From: Nitrospirae bacterium JdFR-81
GTDB taxonomy: Bacteria > Nitrospirota > Thermodesulfovibrionia > UBA6902
Assembly: GCA_002011735.1 (NCBI GenBank)
Contig: MTOQ01000057.1
Location: forward strand, 1,897-65,896
Direction: 5' to 3'
DNA length: 64,000 nucleotides
Each line of letters starts with the position of its first letter. Positions within the stretch are counted from its first letter, which is position 1. Below are positions 61,816 to 64,000 of the stretch, in pieces. The translations under genes were made by a program, and so were the position numbers. A model generated the notes under the pieces. It searched no databases, was not told the origin of the DNA, and saw only the letters and a list, made by a program, of their open reading frames with translations.

Positions 61816-63063
61816 TTAATGGCCTTCACTTTTATGCCCGTTAAAGACCCTCTCCCCAATCAGGAACGCCGATGCCACAATGCCCATACCACCTGTGATG
61901 ATCATTATCTCATGCAGGGAGGGCAGGTAATGTAGCAACCCCCTGTACTCATTGACACCCAGTTCGTGGAATACAGGCACGATCTGGCCCTCTACCACAA
62001 GGTCATATCGCATAAAGAATATACCTATGATCATCAGCACAGATGCGAGGAAGCTCATATTGACATTCCTGAATCCTGTGCCAAGCAGGATGGCAAACGG
62101 GAGTATCATCCCGATGATTATCTCGAAGCCCCAGAAATTGGCTGCATACGGGCCAACGAGCATGGCCTTTATAACCTCCCTCTTTGGTGGAGAACCTACA
62201 AGGCCTGTGACCACCTTCCATGCCGTAAAAAACAGGATCACCGCAATCATAAAGGCCGTCAGTTTCGAGACCACCTCTATCGCCCTCTCCATAGGGGCAT
62301 CCATCTTCTCATTATTCACCTTGTATCCGATCCATGTGAAGAATATGATGGCAGCGCCACCGGACATGACAGCAGATGCTATGAAGTAGATGGGCATATA
62401 GGGCCCGTACCAGAACTCACGGCTATGGAGCATCCCGAATATGGCACCCAGGTTGCTATGGGCTGCAACCCCTGAGATCAGCCCAGCAAGTCCGGCGTAG
62501 GTAGCGAATCTGTGGTTCTTCAGCAGGAGGAGGATGAACTCGATGGCCATGAAGAACATATACGCCCCATAGAGCGTGCCCATCCACCAGAGATTCGATC
62601 GCAGGTTTGGAGAGAGGGCGTTGTAGATCGCCATCCTGAAGGGGTTCTCTATATCAAAGAAGATGACACTGAAGCCTGCAAATATTGTGACCACGGCAAG
62701 GAAGACAGCCCTGTTTACAATGGGCATAAAGTCCTTGATACCGAAGACATGCCCGATTGAGGATACTATGCAGAGGCCTGTTGAGGTCACCACAAAGAAG
62801 ATATAGGTTGAGATGATGATCCCCCAGGGGATCTCTCTGGTGATATTGTATGCATGCCTGTATCCAATCCGCATGGCATCAAGGCCACTGATGGATGCCA
62901 CAAATACGGTCAGGACACCGAGTGACAGGATGATGTAAAACGACCTTGTCCCTGAAAGAAAGCCGATGAGTGTTGAGTATATGTCAGAGAACAATGCCGA
63001 GTTGAACGACCTTGCAAGGCCACCTATCGCCGATATCTTTGAGGTCCTTATCTCGTCAGCCAT
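61816..63063 (-). CDS. NrfD/PsrC/DsrP-family integral membrane subunit
   Basis: 415 aa, about 10 TM helices, NrfD-like pattern. Immediately upstream of the FeS subunit. Confidence 0.75.
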   Translation of the reverse strand: MADEIRTSKISAIGGLARSFNSALFSDIYSTLIGFLSGTRSFYIILSLGVLTVFVASISGLDAMRIGYRHAYNITREIPWGIIISTYIFFVVTSTGLCIVSSIGHVFGIKDFMPIVNRAVFLAVVTIFAGFSVIFFDIENPFRMAIYNALSPNLRSNLWWMGTLYGAYMFFMAIEFILLLLKNHRFATYAGLAGLISGVAAHSNLGAIFGMLHSREFWYGPYMPIYFIASAVMSGGAAIIFFTWIGYKVNNEKMDAPMERAIEVVSKLTAFMIAVILFFTAWKVVTGLVGSPPKREVIKAMLVGPYAANFWGFEIIIGMILPFAILLGTGFRNVNMSFLASVLMIIGIFFMRYDLVVEGQIVPVFHELGVNEYRGLLHYLPSLHEIMIITGGMGIVASAFLIGERVFNGHKSEGH

Positions 63064-63078
63064 ATCCGTCCTCCTGTA

Positions 63079-63420
63079 TCAAAGAATGGTTATCTCCTTT
63101 TTGACCTCTTTATAAGGGATGCTGTTTGTGATCATGATTGCGCCATACTTGTCCTGGAACTCAAGCAGTTCCTCAAGCGAGTTGATCTCAACCACCCACT
63201 GCCTTGACTTCTCCTTCTTGTCACAGACCACCATCCCGTCTTCCTCCCTGTGGTTTACACCCCCCTTGAGCCAGTCCTTATACCAGACCTTCTTCTTTGC
63301 CTCTTCAAGACTCTTTACCGTCCTGTAGTCCAGGGGTGTCAGGTCCTCCTGCCTCGCCTCATCACAGACCTTTTTATCCCCTGTTACAGACATCCTCTTT
63401 CTGCTAACAATAAACTTCAT
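63079..63420 (-). CDS. Hypothetical soluble protein, first gene behind the sigma-54 promoter
   Basis: 113-aa ORF with a strong RBS (GGGAGGGGTGAG) directly upstream. No family recognised. Confidence 0.5.
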   Translation of the reverse strand: MKFIVSRKRMSVTGDKKVCDEARQEDLTPLDYRTVKSLEEAKKKVWYKDWLKGGVNHREEDGMVVCDKKEKSRQWVVEINSLEELLEFQDKYGAIMITNSIPYKEVKKEITIL

Positions 63421-63474
63421 CTCACCCCTCCCTCACAACGCTTAGACCTCCGGCCCTGCCGTCACCTCTGAGGA

Positions 63475-63490
63475 AGCATAAACCATGCCT
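63475..63490 (-). promoter_or_regulatory. Sigma-54 (-24/-12) promoter candidate AGGCATGGTTTATGCT
   Basis: GG and GC elements have the exact consensus spacing (TGGCAC-N5-TTGCW). Lies about 55 nt upstream of ATG 63420. A sigma-54 activator is encoded in the same strand block. Confidence 0.5.
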
Positions 63491-63532
63491 TTCATAATTG
63501 CCTGATTTTTAAGGGAAAGTGAGGCCAGGGTT

Positions 63533-63567
63533 TTTGCAGAATTGCAAATCTTTTGCGTTTTTGCAAT
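63533..63567. promoter_or_regulatory. Two tandem inverted repeats TTTGCA-N4-TGCAAA and TTTGCG-N4-TGCAAT (candidate enhancer-binding-protein sites)
   Basis: Centres are 19 nt apart, 45-90 nt upstream of the sigma-54 element. Read directly. Confidence 0.35.
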
Positions 63568-64000
63568 CAGGGCCGATTATAAAGGCGGAGCTTCCCTATA
63601 TAGGTGCTCATGGCCTTCTCAATGCGGGTGGTGTGTCTGCCTTTGTAGAGGTGCCATAGGGTCTGAAAAGGCCTCTTTGGCCTCAGGAGGAAGCTGAGGA
63701 GGTAGAAGCAGGCCATGCCAAAGAGTCTATAAAATAACAGCCTTTTTCTGCCGATCCTCTCCGAGAAGGATGCACACGAGCGTACATCGCCCATCACAAG
63801 GAGGGAATAGAAATACTCATCGTCCAGTCTTCTGATCCTCCCTTTCTGCCTGAGCTCCCTGAAGAGCTCACTCCCTGGGTAAGGTATAAAAGTAGAAATC
63901 GTTACATCATCAACCCCTATCCATGCTGCCCTTGCAAGGAATTTATACGAACGGAGGATATCTCCCGTGCTGTCCTGCGGGAAACCGAAGACCATATTCA
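63567..64000 (-). CDS. C-terminal part of a radical SAM (B12-binding class-like) protein; 5' end outside window
   Basis: The pattern FGFPQDS...ISTFIPYPGSELF is typical of the C-terminal half of class B radical SAM enzymes. Confidence 0.5.
   Translation of the reverse strand, partial: NMVFGFPQDSTGDILRSYKFLARAAWIGVDDVTISTFIPYPGSELFRELRQKGRIRRLDDEYFYSLLVMGDVRSCASFSERIGRKRLLFYRLFGMACFYLLSFLLRPKRPFQTLWHLYKGRHTTRIEKAMSTYIGKLRLYNRP

Overview
This is a 64-kb chromosomal window of about 50% GC. Codon usage strongly favours AGG/AGA for Arg and ATA for Ile. About 70 densely packed genes are present. I found no IS element, integrase, prophage or CRISPR array. The gene content fits an anaerobic dissimilatory sulfur-metabolising bacterium: dsrMKJOP plus dsrC, Ni-CO dehydrogenase, futalosine-type menaquinone synthesis, many c-type cytochromes. 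A Thermodesulfovibrio/Nitrospirota-like organism is my unverified guess.

Layout:
- 1-7.3 kb: recA(partial)-pilT-recX, a Zn-ribbon receiver, alaS, a phasin-like gene and ubiB.
- 7.3-7.8 kb: an orphan HepT/HEPN-like gene.
- 7.8-15.1 kb, minus strand: a T2SS-like operon gspE-F-H-I-J-K-L-M with no gspG/D/C/O.
- 15.2-31.0 kb: an LPS-core/glycan cluster with 8-9 glycosyltransferases, O-antigen ligase, heptosyltransferase, LPS kinase, deacetylase and nucleotide-sugar enzymes.
- 31.1-31.9 kb: a low-GC orphan ORF.
- 32.1-35.9 kb: cooS-cooF-FAD oxidoreductase, then a small Cys-rich gene broken by a 7-bp tandem duplication.
- 35.9-46.3 kb: housekeeping genes tgt, argS, htpX, mqnE, serC, serA, purA, with a motif-dense AT-rich spacer at 42.0-42.3 kb.
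- 46.4-48.0 kb: tRNA-Lys, tRNA-Glu and tRNA-Met surrounding a B12/radical-SAM gene bracketed by an exact 25-nt direct repeat.
- 48.8-56.2 kb, minus strand: dsrP-O-J-K-M, an RsbRD_N-like gene, dsrC and three uncharacterised genes.
- 56.3-63.6 kb: a 10-11-heme NrfH-like cytochrome, a sigma-54 response regulator, a histidine kinase with a CXXCH motif in its periplasmic sensor, and a second cytochrome/FeS/NrfD membrane module. That module lies behind a good sigma-54 promoter match with tandem palindromes upstream.

The best candidate for an undescribed functional unit is this 57.2-63.6 kb regulated redox module next to the dsr locus. Every component family in it is individually known. All calls rest on reading the ORF translations and the DNA by eye. 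No database search was run.
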